Source: a virus. Taken from it: a DNA stretch of 64,000 nt. The notes beneath the pieces are model-generated. The model worked only from the letters and a program-made list of their open reading frames with translations, searched no databases and was not told where the DNA came from. The position numbers and the translations under genes are program-made. Location: positions 1-64,000 of the IMG/VR virus record IMGVR_UViG_3300036823_000120; one strand, written 5' to 3'. This document shows, piece after piece, positions 42,501 to 52,931 of this stretch (within the stretch, counting starts at the first letter, position 1; each line of letters opens with the position of its first letter).

Positions 42501-44124
42501 GTTCCAGATTATCGCTTAAGTTGACGTAACAAATGGTATGTTTGCAAGTCTAAAACTGCATCCATTTGACCATATAGTGTAGCAAGACGCTTTGTAACAT
42601 ACTCAAATAGAATTGTAGCTTCTTCATTTTTAGCTACGATATATTTGAGTAATATTTTCAAAGCTTTTTCAACACGCATCACACCATTTATTTCAACGCG
42701 CTTCGCAGCGCGTTGATTAGAGGCACGAGTTGCATCATAAATATGATATGCTAGTCCTAGCTTTTGCAGGATAAAACATATATTTTCTATGATGATTTTA
42801 TTTGTGTTGACAATTTTAATCCCTACATTGTAGGAACCTTTGCTACCTGGACTCATTGAAAAGCAACCTTCACCATCAAGAATACCACTTAACCAACCAA
42901 GCTCAAAATCTGTTACCTGCGGATTGTCCATTGCAATATACTTGGGATTTTTGCATTAGAAGCACCCAAGCCTTTAGGTACTTTCCAGCATATAGCGAGA
43001 TTGTTCACTGATATATTACTATATCAGGCCGCTAGGATTAACGGATTCAGTCCACTTGCCTTATCTTTTCTAACAGGAATTGGCTTACCAATTCGCCCAA
43101 AAGGAAAGTTTTTCAGGTTCAAGATTCCTGGCTCTCCTCTAACTGTTATACGCTTTGCTACTTCTCCTAACTGTTCAAAGTCTTCTGGATTATATAGAAC
43201 CGCTGTATTGTTAGACATCCAGCCCCATTCTTGGCGTTCAGGATTCATGTCATAGTCTTTAAGATTCATAAAAACAGGATCATGAATATCGCCCTTCATA
43301 AGTTCTGCACTACGTCTAACGTTACCAGCAACGACGCAAACTCCGAGTATATTACCTATGTCTGCTTTTAATCTGACTTCGTCAATTGATTCAGATTCAA
43401 AAAGCATTTCCATATTTTCGTGTAATCTTTTCAAAGGGACTGGGCCAGAAGCTTTTCCGCCAAACCCTTTAATTAGTAGACCTTCTTCACGAAGTTTGTC
43501 GTATTTGAAAATAGGCTTTCGTCTATTTGGCTGAGTATAAGCTTCGACAAGAAGCTTTACACTATCAGCCCAACCTTCTCGTGAATCTGGAATTTCAAAG
43601 ATATAAGTTCCAACAGGCTTATATCTAATTAATCCAGTTCGTTTTGGTTCAAATCCAACACCAACACCAAGCATCAAAGCATCCATCATCCAATTCAAAT
43701 CATTGGCGAGAGTATCATTATCGCCCAAAACGCAATATCCGCAATTGTTAAGAGCCATAGAGCCACGTTCATATATGAACGATGTACCCATAGCCCATAG
43801 ACCCCGACCACCAGGAAACCAATGCATATTGAACAAACTGATTGCCATTCTATAGGCATAAGCTTGCCAGTATTCTTCGTCCCATCTGATATAGTTTCGA
43901 GCATAAAAGTCTTTTCTAATCGAGAAAGTTCCATTAATTACCCTTGTTACAACATCAGCCCAATTTTCCTGTCCACCATTTGTTTTTATGCGACTATATG
44001 TCCTAAAGAAAACTAATTCACCATAGCCGTCATAACCAAAATCTGGCTTCATAAGCTGAAGTCTTGAAGCAAAATCAAGACTTAGTGAGAAGTGTTCATT
44101 TACATACTTAGTGGGGACCACCAT
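39547..44124 (-). CDS. nrdJ: Class II (B12-dependent) ribonucleotide reductase; exons 44124-43041, 42381-42042, 41191-41182, 40290-39547; 725 aa spliced
   Basis: PGGRGLW, NNCG, AGNVRRSA; splicing restores NPCGEIPL and TTIKPGGTTPKL; exon lengths sum to 2178 nt in frame. Confidence 0.92.
40291..41181 (-). mobile_element. Group I intron 3 of nrdJ
   Basis: Exon ends CGGU pairing IGS GCCG; terminal G; CAGAGACTA and GATATAGTCC core elements. Confidence 0.9.
40324..41076 (-). CDS. Two-domain LAGLIDADG homing endonuclease
   Basis: WFSGFFEGEGSF and WLAGIYEAEGSF. Confidence 0.9.
   Translation of the reverse strand: MDNPQDIHWFSGFFEGEGSFSFRERQRRGNNVGFFFEPKISISNTNKIAIELCEKILQQKLINYSKTKSIRTGKIDCYDLSICSNVAISLFVDYFKSLIECDKVRLECFQQFVNSRMQRTRYSLHNDKELEIVEKHNQWRSSETTREVSYSYSRDWLAGIYEAEGSFTNHSWTTSPIIQLCNTNFSIICKAQYILQQDWINPHIHKFDVTEKHQSFWRLTICGKKKYNRFVEKYASCFRYRHSELEKIKI
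41192..42041 (-). mobile_element. Group I intron 2 of nrdJ
   Basis: Exon ends CCAU pairing IGS GUGG; terminal G; same core elements. Confidence 0.9.
41226..41936 (-). CDS. Two-domain LAGLIDADG homing endonuclease
   Basis: WLVGILDGEGSF and WLIGILEAEGSF. Confidence 0.9.
   Translation of the reverse strand: MDNQQATSWLVGILDGEGSFDKNRLRISNTEIDLIHQCEDIISSFGISVSISSTQRGKRKREYDLAINGRIKCLCFLEELKTKLYCRQFHLESSETTCECSADFWWLIGILEAEGSFHISCHMSRNNTVNYNPEITVCSTNTKIIDKTVKTLYSLGLSWHISSYIPLKHSPYKVITIHGYKRVQRFFQIINEFQTKKYKLKSSLLKEFVNLRLLQNIKEPYTKRQHEIFYALRNVI
42382..43040 (-). mobile_element. Group I intron 1 of nrdJ, within the catalytic Cys codon
   Basis: Exon ends CCGU pairing IGS GCGG; terminal G; T|GC rebuilds Cys of NPCGE. 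Confidence 0.9.
42509..42931 (-). CDS. Single-domain LAGLIDADG homing endonuclease
   Basis: WLSGILDGEGCF. Confidence 0.9.
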   Translation of the reverse strand: MDNPQVTDFELGWLSGILDGEGCFSMSPGSKGSYNVGIKIVNTNKIIIENICFILQKLGLAYHIYDATRASNQRAAKRVEINGVMRVEKALKILLKYIVAKNEEATILFEYVTKRLATLYGQMDAVLDLQTYHLLRQLKR

Positions 44125-44542
44125 TTACTTTGTCCTCATGTATTATATACATATCTATAAGCTCATCAACAGTTTTGAACTCAACATTACTTTTCAAAGT
44201 CTGTGAACATCTGAACCTGTCTCCAACGCACATTGGCATACTACTATTGAAAAAAGATTCAGTAATAAGCGTATTATTAATAGTGAAGAGAGCAACACTT
44301 TTCAAGTGCAATGATTGAGAAGGTTGTAACTCTTCTGCAATGAATTCAAAGCCTCCTTTGATTTTATTAATGGCTTTGATACCAGGAGCTTGTATTAGTT
44401 CATTGGTACTAACTTCCCTATAAAATAGCTTATAAGGAAGAATCACACGTTGTGGCGAGTCTGTGAAACCCTTCACCAAGAAGTTCTGAGACGCAACAAT
44501 TCCAAGAACCGAGCCAAAGAAGCCTCGACGTGAAATGTTCAT
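44108..44542 (-). CDS. Protein with twin-arginine-like N-terminus
   Basis: MNISRRGFFGSVLG. Confidence 0.55.
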   Translation of the reverse strand: MNISRRGFFGSVLGIVASQNFLVKGFTDSPQRVILPYKLFYREVSTNELIQAPGIKAINKIKGGFEFIAEELQPSQSLHLKSVALFTINNTLITESFFNSSMPMCVGDRFRCSQTLKSNVEFKTVDELIDMYIIHEDKVNGGPH

Positions 44543-44826
44543 TATAATACCTTTTTGAAGCGAGGTATCTTCTTACCATCATTTTCAACAAACTCAAAGA
44601 ATATTGACCAAGGACGTACAAAGAGTTGATATGAGGAATATAATGCTTTGTACACTGCAACTTTCTCTTTTGTCTCTGTATCAATACCTTGGCCAATTAA
44701 TTGATAATCTTTACCATTTTTATAATGACGATATATACCAATTGATTTATAAGGATTATCTCGAATATCCATATGTTGGGCCATTAAAAACATCAATTCT
44801 TTTTCTGCCTTTTCCTCGTCGCTCAT
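44542..44826 (-). CDS. DUF1653-family protein
   Basis: GIYRHYK..Y......TET.E..VYKALY...FVRP...F.E.V....PRF. Confidence 0.85.
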   Translation of the reverse strand: MSDEEKAEKELMFLMAQHMDIRDNPYKSIGIYRHYKNGKDYQLIGQGIDTETKEKVAVYKALYSSYQLFVRPWSIFFEFVENDGKKIPRFKKVL

Positions 44827-45309
44827 TCTTTTCTTCCTTTTTCTTACGAATTTTTTCGTTATGACGCTCCAAATTTAATTCAGAAATTCCGGCCCAAAAT
44901 TGTGCCCATTGAATTGATCGAGTAGTTGTTCGTGAACTTATTGTTCCAGGAAGTTCTGGCTTTTCAGCTAAAGCTAAATTGATTTTCTTTTCGTGTTCAA
45001 AAAATGTTAAAATTTCTTCTACGCAATTTGGAAAGCGTTTCACTGCATCAACAGTCATCATTTCATATGGATGAAGCTTTTCACCTGAATTTTGCATTTT
45101 AAAAATACGAGCAAGAATATCTTTTGTTTCAGACATTTCGCCAGTTAATGGACACTTAAGCAATGGAGCTTTTGGTTCATTTTTGATTAACTCATTTGGC
45201 CGATTACCAAGAATATCAAGCTTACCGAGATCTTTATCAATCTTATAGATCGGAGTAGAAAGAAATTGACTCATTTTAAGCTCCAAAGAATTAAAATAAA
45301 GTACACTCA

Positions 45310-45717
45310 CTATTTAGGCACAAGTTTTACTCCATTAACCCAGCAATAATATACTTCAAAATAATTTGCTGGCTTGTGTAATTTCATTAATTCTGTATCA
45401 TCATCTGACATAAGAATCCATATTCCAACACCAGCAGCTTTGAACTTAGGAAAGTCAATTTGTTGTGCTGGAGTAAAACTGAAAGCTAATGGATTTTTAA
45501 TCTCAATCATGCGTATACCATGATTGATATGTGCGGCAAATAAATCTGGAAAACCAGACTGAAAAGCATTTCCATGAGTAATTTTAACAAACCATCCACG
45601 AGATTCAAGTTTCGTTATTATCTTTCCCCGAATTATTGATTCCGGGCCGGATGCTGCCGTTGCCACTGGTTTGAGTGGCATCATTCCCCGAGTTGTGTCC
45701 CGCTTTCCTCTGGCCAT
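45310..45717 (-). CDS. VRR-NUC domain nuclease
   Basis: ES.I...I; GFPDL; IEIK; TPAQ. Confidence 0.8.
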   Translation of the reverse strand: MARGKRDTTRGMMPLKPVATAASGPESIIRGKIITKLESRGWFVKITHGNAFQSGFPDLFAAHINHGIRMIEIKNPLAFSFTPAQQIDFPKFKAAGVGIWILMSDDDTELMKLHKPANYFEVYYCWVNGVKLVPK

Positions 45718-45902
45718 ATTTTTCTCGAAGTTTGAATCTAGTAATATTGAGCATCTGAATCACAGATTTCAATAGCTCCTCTTGTTTTTCGTAATTTAAT
45801 TCATCTGCGGCTTTTTCAAGGTCTTCTTGCGCTCTTAATATCGTATACGTTGCATCAGCTTTTATTAGAAATGGCTTGAGTGCCGTTTGCCCCAAATGAC
45901 AT

Positions 45903-46247
45903 TCAGCTAACATTGTTTTCAACTGACTTAGTTTCATTTCTTCTTACCTGAATAATTAAAATAAGCAAATCATCTTTTGATACACCAGTGTAATTTCTAA
46001 TTCCTAGTTGAGCAGCTAAAGCTCGTAGCTGACGAATAGTTTTATCGCAAACTTCATTACGAAGTACATTATCCATCCATTCTCTGACGTATTCAAGATC
46101 AGCATCTTGAATTGCTCGCTCTAAGCGGGGATTATTTGAATCCAATCTCAGACATTGAGTGAATGATACTGAGTGAACTATTCTCTCTAAAGCTCTAAGA
46201 TCATTGAATCTCGATCTTATTCGATATTGTACATCAGCTATATTCAT
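45903..46247 (-). CDS. Protein with C-terminal Rho-N-like helix-extension-helix domain
   Basis: KTIRQLRALAAQLGIRNYTGVSKDDLL. Confidence 0.65.
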   Translation of the reverse strand: MNIADVQYRIRSRFNDLRALERIVHSVSFTQCLRLDSNNPRLERAIQDADLEYVREWMDNVLRNEVCDKTIRQLRALAAQLGIRNYTGVSKDDLLILIIQVRRNETKSVENNVS

Positions 46248-46696
46248 AGAGTGTTAATGCATGCATATGCTCCAAAGTGCTTAATAGCAGCTTCGTTATA
46301 AGCTTTTGCTGCATCCTCCTCTTTATCAAAGTAACCTAACCTCATAATTTTGTTATTAACAAAAATATAAGAATCCCATTTCCTATATAATTTGTTATAA
46401 CTTACTCCTTTATATTTGGAGCTACAGTGTGTTTGTCTTTTAGACTTATTCTTTTCATTGTCGCTTCGTGTTGCAGCTCGCAAATTAAATTTTTGATTAT
46501 TTAACTTATTACGATCAATATGATCTATAATTTGAAAATTTAATTTGACTGTTAAAAGCTTATGCATATAGGTATTATCGCCATTGTCTCTGGCATACCC
46601 ATTACATAAGTACCAAGTTCTTAAGGCAAAAAGAAGCCAATCTTCATCATCTACGAGTATAAGCAAATCTGAATTTATTAAGCTTATTGTCTTCAT
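46244..46696 (-). CDS. HNH-AP2 homing endonuclease
   Basis: DHIDRNKLNNQKFNLR; SKYKGV; LGYF..E..AAKAYN. Confidence 0.9.
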   Translation of the reverse strand: MKTISLINSDLLILVDDEDWLLFALRTWYLCNGYARDNGDNTYMHKLLTVKLNFQIIDHIDRNKLNNQKFNLRAATRSDNEKNKSKRQTHCSSKYKGVSYNKLYRKWDSYIFVNNKIMRLGYFDKEEDAAKAYNEAAIKHFGAYACINTL

Positions 46697-49059
46697 TTCT
46701 TTCCCCAGCTATTTTGCTCCGACCAATCTATTTCTATTAATGGGATTCTAGCTCGAAAGCTTTCGACTACTTCATGCACAACTGCTGCTATCTTTGGAAT
46801 CAATTCAGGCTTACTTGGAGTAAGCACCTGATCATGGGCATTTAATGGTTGAGTAAGCCATTCATGACAACCATGTGGTTGTAAATCCCATATACGACGT
46901 TGCATTCGCTTTGTAATTTCTGCACCACTAGATTGTATTTGGTGGTTTGCTGCTGCTCTACAATTACCAGCTTGAACTTGAAAAGCTGCTGCAAACAATG
47001 CTGATTGCAATGCTCCAACAGCAGTTTGTTCACGATCACGTCGTACAACTTTAATTTTTAATTCTTTCCAAGCTTTTGGGGGTTTCTCTGCCAATTCAAA
47101 AAGAGCTTTTACAATTCTATTTTCAAGATTAAAATATCGTCGGAATCCGAACAAAGATTCCACATATTCAGCAGGATCATTCCATATAATGCGACTACCA
47201 ATCCCACCTGTTTGTCGCATTGAGCAAAATGAATCAATGACTTTATTTCTTGCTTTACCAACTCCCTTATATTGTTCCGCAAATCGTTGGTAGGCTGCAT
47301 CTGCAATTTCTCTTTCTACACCTAAGCGTGTTTGAAGAGTGTAACCTTCTCCACCATAAAGCATAGCAAAAACTGCTGATTTACACTTTGTGTACTTGTC
47401 ATCAACTCCACCTGGACTACCATCAGTAGCTACAATATCATCATAAGTCATATGTGGATAGACATGTACGCCAAACAAAGCATGAATTTTCATCGTCTTA
47501 CTGCCACCACATTTTGGACACTTCTTCTTTCCTTCATTATAAATCACTTCCACGTTGCGACACTTAGAACAAGTAAGAAGGTCACGACGTAAAAGAGGAT
47601 CATTATAGGTAGCATCAGCAAGAACAACTTCGAAGCCCGAGAAGTCGCCTCCCACCAACTTAAGTCCACCGAATGCCAACGGGAATTTGGACCTAACCTC
47701 GTCAGTCTTCTTAATCCCCTGGGCGTTAAGACCGCCAGTCCCAGACATACGACCAGACAAAGCGCCGATAACATTAAAGTTGGCATGAAAGCGTCCTGCC
47801 AAAATAAGCTTATCATAAAGCTCAATCTCCTTTTTGGCGAATCGTGTTTCAAGAACGCCTTTTGCTCTCTCACATGCAGGATGTGAAAGCTTACCTGTGT
47901 TGTTACACAAGTCGCATGGTCCAAATTGGCAAGGAATATTGTCCCATTCTGCAATTTTTTGTAGTATAATCTTTCCAGTTTTATTTCCATTCATTGATTC
48001 ATTTGAAAGTCGTTCTTCTGGACTTAATGCTTCATCAATGAATTTCTTCACTTTTCTTGGTGCGGTTGGATATTTACCTAATTTTTTAATAGCCTCGGCT
48101 TTAAGTGCCTCTATACCTGGCAAATCAATAGCATAACCTCTCCAACGAACACAGCCTACCATACAGGCAAGTTCAGAATCATCGTCGCCAGGAGTTGGAT
48201 CATTGAAATAATGATACAAACGACGAGTATATTCTACATCTTTTCGGGCATATTCTCTTGCACTATCATTATGTCTCCAATGAGAAATATGCTTTTCAAT
48301 TACTTCTGGCCAGGCTTTCTTCCACCTACCAGGCCGTCCAACTGCTAATGCATATGGAGCGTATCCATATTCTTCAGGATAAAAAGCTTTTTCTACTTCA
48401 ACGTCACTAAAGAATATTACTTCTTCGAGAGGAATTTGTAGAACATGAATAGCTAGATTTTTTAATGCACTTGAAGCTTTGAACTTTAAAACAATATCTT
48501 TGAATTCTGTTTCTATTTGACCATTTTGTTTTGTAATAGGATGTACTTTGAATCTTGGAGCAAGCTTATCTTTTGCTCTTGCAAATAAAATACTTTCAAA
48601 GAAAATACGCTTTTCAAGTTCTTTTGCAAGTGAATATGCCAATTTCGTTGGAACACGTCGAATACGAATATCCGAACGTTCCATTGTCATTTGAAATTCA
48701 GTCTTACGAGCATGAAGCATAATATCAAAAGCTGCTTTTGGCTTGAAGCAAGGACCATCTCTTGCCCTTTCTTCAAGTAAAGCAACTTGATCAATATGCT
48801 CATCAAGATATTCCCACTCACCAAAGGTATCACGAGCAAGCAAAAGAATTGTATACATCTTATTTATCATGAACCAATCAAATGCTAAATTGTAGCCAAT
48901 AACTTCACATTGAGCTAATTTGTCCAACAAGTCAATACTATCTTGTATTGGACTCGTCCAAAATTCATGAATCTCAATTGGTCCATCATCAAAAGCATAT
49001 TGAATCGTAACTGGCATACCATGAAAGCCACAAGACTCAACATCAATGTAACATTTCAT
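46693..49059 (-). CDS. polA: Family A DNA polymerase with N-terminal 3'-5' exonuclease
   Basis: IDVE, SGRMS, DFSGFE, KSAVFAMLYG, NHQIQSSGA, AHDQ. Confidence 0.93.
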   Translation of the reverse strand: MKCYIDVESCGFHGMPVTIQYAFDDGPIEIHEFWTSPIQDSIDLLDKLAQCEVIGYNLAFDWFMINKMYTILLLARDTFGEWEYLDEHIDQVALLEERARDGPCFKPKAAFDIMLHARKTEFQMTMERSDIRIRRVPTKLAYSLAKELEKRIFFESILFARAKDKLAPRFKVHPITKQNGQIETEFKDIVLKFKASSALKNLAIHVLQIPLEEVIFFSDVEVEKAFYPEEYGYAPYALAVGRPGRWKKAWPEVIEKHISHWRHNDSAREYARKDVEYTRRLYHYFNDPTPGDDDSELACMVGCVRWRGYAIDLPGIEALKAEAIKKLGKYPTAPRKVKKFIDEALSPEERLSNESMNGNKTGKIILQKIAEWDNIPCQFGPCDLCNNTGKLSHPACERAKGVLETRFAKKEIELYDKLILAGRFHANFNVIGALSGRMSGTGGLNAQGIKKTDEVRSKFPLAFGGLKLVGGDFSGFEVVLADATYNDPLLRRDLLTCSKCRNVEVIYNEGKKKCPKCGGSKTMKIHALFGVHVYPHMTYDDIVATDGSPGGVDDKYTKCKSAVFAMLYGGEGYTLQTRLGVEREIADAAYQRFAEQYKGVGKARNKVIDSFCSMRQTGGIGSRIIWNDPAEYVESLFGFRRYFNLENRIVKALFELAEKPPKAWKELKIKVVRRDREQTAVGALQSALFAAAFQVQAGNCRAAANHQIQSSGAEITKRMQRRIWDLQPHGCHEWLTQPLNAHDQVLTPSKPELIPKIAAVVHEVVESFRARIPLIEIDWSEQNSWGKK

Positions 49060-49216
49060 AGCTCATCCTTCGTGAACAAGTGAACAAAATATGCAAAACA
49101 CGCGAGATTCTCGCAGTTTTGATGCCACCAATCATCTTCATTAAGGACAAACCAATCTACTTCATAGATCATACACCATTCAATAAGCCTATTAATTTCA
49201 ACAGGCTCAGTTAAGA

Positions 49217-50143
49217 TTATTCACTTTTATCACCAACTAATGCCTTACTTACCCAAGAAGGCATAATAAAATCTTTACCTTCTTTCCTAGCTGCTGCTTG
49301 AACTTCATTAAGCAATTCAATTGTACTAATCTTTGCGGTACACCATGCTGCAAATCGAGTTGCTAAACACGCACCAAGAGTATCATAAATGAGACCACCC
49401 ATTTCAACTATCTCTGGTCCCTTTCGCTCACGAGTTTTCATTGCGTCGCTACTTCGTTGAATAGAAGGAACAACGCTGAGAGATTCTCCTTTTTCGCGCT
49501 TTTCTTTGACTTTCTTCACAAATTCAATTTGTTGTTCAACTTTTCGAAGACTCGCACAGTGTTTGATTTGTGCTTGAGTAAGCAAACCAGCAGCGGCAAC
49601 TGCTTGAATTTCCTTCGGCAAACTCAAAAGAGCTTTACGAATTTGCACCCATCCACGAGAAGTACCAGTGAGATCGGCAACTTCAACTTCATTGAAGTGA
49701 ATATCAAAGTAATATTTAATTGCATAAGCTTCTTGAAGAATATTTAATTGCTTACGATGCAAATTCTCTCTTAGGTTCTGTGTTCGTGCGGCTGTTTCAT
49801 CAAGACCTTCTTCAATGAAACATGGAATCTTTGAATGCTTCTCAGCAACGACAGGATCAGCATCTAAGGCGTTAATTTCAAATGCCGTAAAACGTCTATG
49901 TCCTGCCACAATACGGTATTTCTTACCTGATATAGCATCGTGTGGTTGTACAGTAATTGGAGTATCAAGCTTTCGGTCCTTGATATCTCGTGCAAGATCA
50001 AGAACATCGATTGGGCTTATGTTTCCACGACAATTGAAGTTTTCATCAAGAAAAATATCTTCAATAGGAATTAAAAATACTTTGTAGCCAGTTATAGGAT
50101 CAATATCAACTGTTTCTTGATTATTTGCAATTGCTATAGACAT
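49217..50143 (-). CDS. ParB-family protein (N-domain plus HTH)
   Basis: PITVQP..YRIVAGHRRF; ENLHRKQLNILQEA; EVADLTGTSRGWV. Confidence 0.9.
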   Translation of the reverse strand: MSIAIANNQETVDIDPITGYKVFLIPIEDIFLDENFNCRGNISPIDVLDLARDIKDRKLDTPITVQPHDAISGKKYRIVAGHRRFTAFEINALDADPVVAEKHSKIPCFIEEGLDETAARTQNLRENLHRKQLNILQEAYAIKYYFDIHFNEVEVADLTGTSRGWVQIRKALLSLPKEIQAVAAAGLLTQAQIKHCASLRKVEQQIEFVKKVKEKREKGESLSVVPSIQRSSDAMKTRERKGPEIVEMGGLIYDTLGACLATRFAAWCTAKISTIELLNEVQAAARKEGKDFIMPSWVSKALVGDKSE

Positions 50144-50297
50144 TATTTTGGTCCTTGCTTATTCAGAGCTAAAAGCTCCTTGTATATTAACTCATGTTCT
50201 ACGATTAACTCATAAGGTTTCACTATACCTTGGGAGTTTCTTTGACTTTTTAGTAATATAAATTTTTCAATCTCATTTATTTGATTCATTAAGACTC

Positions 50298-52931
50298 CTA
50301 GTTTCTAGAATCACTTGTTACTCCCATTTCATGGGCTTTTGCAGCTTCTTGTTGAGCTTGTTTCATTTCTTCTAGTACCAAACCCATACTCAAACTTTGC
50401 AAATCACGTTTGCGTTTGAGATTTTTTAATACATAAGCATCAGTTGGAAGATGGAGCAAATCAATTATAGTAGCTCCTCTTTCTACTGACATACCTGCCC
50501 TATGTATGCGATCTTCTGATTGCAATCTAGACTCACCATTGAAATCATTGCTGAAATAAATGATGGCTTTTGATGCCGTCAGTGTCAGGCCCATTCCCGC
50601 TGATCCAGCGTGCCCAACAAAAGCTATCTTTTGATCGTATTGCTTAGGATTCTGAAAGACTTTCAAGAATTCTACGTTATCTTTTGGCAAGAAGTTACCA
50701 TATGGCACCCATCCACGTCCGTCCACACGCATCACTTGCCAACCAAGCTTAGTCACATGGTCACTAACTCGATCAATTGTTCCTGTGAAAGCTCCATAGA
50801 TAACAATTCTATTCTCATCTTCAAAATCATCTGAGAGAAGTTCTGTAAGAGTATCAAATTTTGGACTATCGACTGTTTTTACTTCTCTCTTAATAACATT
50901 AGTTGTTCCGCGGCCTTCGCAAGCAGGACACTTAATTTTTTCATTAAGATCGTTATCGAAAAGCTCTCTATTGCCTTTACAAGTTGTACAAGTTGCAGTA
51001 GATTCGACAGTTTCAATATATTGAAAGCCATCTGATAACTCACGAAGCTTTGTAAGAGCTTCAATTGCATTGCGACAACCAACTTGTATCAAACTAGCCG
51101 CACGAATCATCGGCAGACTTGGCTTTATATTAATTTCTCGATATACCTTATCAGGTAGATCAAGACAATCTTTCTTGTGTTGAACTAATACAAGTCCACT
51201 CATTCGCCGATAAAGTTGACTAATTTCATCTTTCAAAGCTATATATTCATGGAAGTTTTCTTTGTCTTCTTTGGCATAATGATTAGCATGAGAACTAAGC
51301 TTACCACATTTATTACAGATTGCTTGACCACCATCTCGCCATGCAATGAATTTCGGGAACCGACCACCAGTGATATCACCAACGTATTCAGTAACAGCTA
51401 ATCGTTCCTTGAACTTGTTGACATCACCTTCAATCAAGAAGCCTGGACAAGCAGTTTCACATTGCCAATACCAATCTACAGGGGACTTGGGAGCGGGAGA
51501 ACCACTCATAAGTACAATGTATGCATCGTGTCCATAGTTATTACGCATACTTTCAGCAACATGAAAAGCTGATTGTGAGCGTTGAGCAGTTGGTGTCTTT
51601 AATTTTGAAGATTCATCGAATATAATTCCACGAGGTGGCATTTTCCGTGGAATCCAATTTTCAACTGTTTTCTTCAATTCATCATAAGTCATAAATATTG
51701 GACGTATGAAAGATTTCCAATTCCAAAACTCAAGACGAACACTTGCAATTGATGATTTTGTTCCAATGTACCACCAATCTGCGATACCACTTCGTTCCAT
51801 TGCCTCTATTGAGGCAAGAGTCTTTCCACAATTATGTACTACAATACCATTTGCGACAAAATTTCTATAAGGATCATCACAAATAACATCATAGACAAAT
51901 AATTCTCCATTATTTTCAATACTTATAATTTTATCTTTATGTGGTATAAATTGACATTTCTCAGTATGTAGATTTACATAATTTGTTTGGCCATGTAATT
52001 TTGCATGCTTACTACTTGAACTTAATAGTTCCAAGTTTTCAATTTTATTATCATTTTTAATTTCATTTTTATGATGAACTATCTCATTTTCTTTAATATA
52101 TCGTCCAAGATGTTCTTCCATAATTAAAATGTGTTCATATACTCCACCTGTAGACCATCTTGGATGCTTGTTTTTTAAGCCTCCAACTCTAATATAGCCA
52201 TCTTTATCTTTCCATTTACCATTAACTAAAATTTCATCACCAATATTTAGCTTTTCTGCTGAAATATAAGTATTATTATTTACAGCAATTTCGTGATCTA
52301 AAGTTACACAAATTTCATAACCTAATTTTGTTTTTATTTTTAAAGTAGACTTTTTACCTTTGCTTAAGACATTTTTAATTTTATTTAACTTTAATATCCC
52401 AGCACAATTACTTCGAATATAAGTTTCTATTCCTAAATCCCAGCATCTGCCTTTTAAATTATGAAATTTCTCAAAAAGATTTTTTAGTTTTATCTCAAAT
52501 CCTTTTCCAGCTCTATTTACATGCACGAGTGCTTCACCATCAACGCATCCCATTTCCGCAGCTAGTATACATTGCTTACGTAGCAAAATATGACCAATCT
52601 CATATTTTTGATGCGTATATACAGGTCGTTGAAAAGTTAGCTTATCAACAAATGATTCAAGTGAAGCGTCGTATCGAGAAAAAGGATTCTTACCTTCTAA
52701 GTGTTCAATACGAAATTCATTTCGTCGTGACTTATTAACGCGCCAAACTTTCATTGGATTATCTTCGTCTCTACCAAGCCATTTTGAACCTTGCATCACT
52801 TTCAATTTATCTTTGAATTCGAAAGCTGAACTAATATAATAATACTTTGAATCTTCATAAATAGTAGCTGGATGACGAAACTGCTTTCCTTCAAACTTAG
52901 TTTGTCTTTCAGCTATAAAATTAATTGCCAT
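50298..52931 (-). CDS. SNF2-like SF2 helicase with intein
   Basis: EMG|CGKT Walker A after splicing; FDESS; MSGSP; GLTLT; QSEDRIHR. Confidence 0.9.
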   Translation of the reverse strand: MAINFIAERQTKFEGKQFRHPATIYEDSKYYYISSAFEFKDKLKVMQGSKWLGRDEDNPMKVWRVNKSRRNEFRIEHLEGKNPFSRYDASLESFVDKLTFQRPVYTHQKYEIGHILLRKQCILAAEMGCVDGEALVHVNRAGKGFEIKLKNLFEKFHNLKGRCWDLGIETYIRSNCAGILKLNKIKNVLSKGKKSTLKIKTKLGYEICVTLDHEIAVNNNTYISAEKLNIGDEILVNGKWKDKDGYIRVGGLKNKHPRWSTGGVYEHILIMEEHLGRYIKENEIVHHKNEIKNDNKIENLELLSSSSKHAKLHGQTNYVNLHTEKCQFIPHKDKIISIENNGELFVYDVICDDPYRNFVANGIVVHNCGKTLASIEAMERSGIADWWYIGTKSSIASVRLEFWNWKSFIRPIFMTYDELKKTVENWIPRKMPPRGIIFDESSKLKTPTAQRSQSAFHVAESMRNNYGHDAYIVLMSGSPAPKSPVDWYWQCETACPGFLIEGDVNKFKERLAVTEYVGDITGGRFPKFIAWRDGGQAICNKCGKLSSHANHYAKEDKENFHEYIALKDEISQLYRRMSGLVLVQHKKDCLDLPDKVYREINIKPSLPMIRAASLIQVGCRNAIEALTKLRELSDGFQYIETVESTATCTTCKGNRELFDNDLNEKIKCPACEGRGTTNVIKREVKTVDSPKFDTLTELLSDDFEDENRIVIYGAFTGTIDRVSDHVTKLGWQVMRVDGRGWVPYGNFLPKDNVEFLKVFQNPKQYDQKIAFVGHAGSAGMGLTLTASKAIIYFSNDFNGESRLQSEDRIHRAGMSVERGATIIDLLHLPTDAYVLKNLKRKRDLQSLSMGLVLEEMKQAQQEAAKAHEMGVTSDSRN
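51831..52547 (-). mobile_element. 239-aa intein carrying an HNH endonuclease
   Basis: Starts CVDGEA; TLDH block B; ends NFVANGIVVHN|C; internal VHHKNEIKNDNKIENL. Confidence 0.92.
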
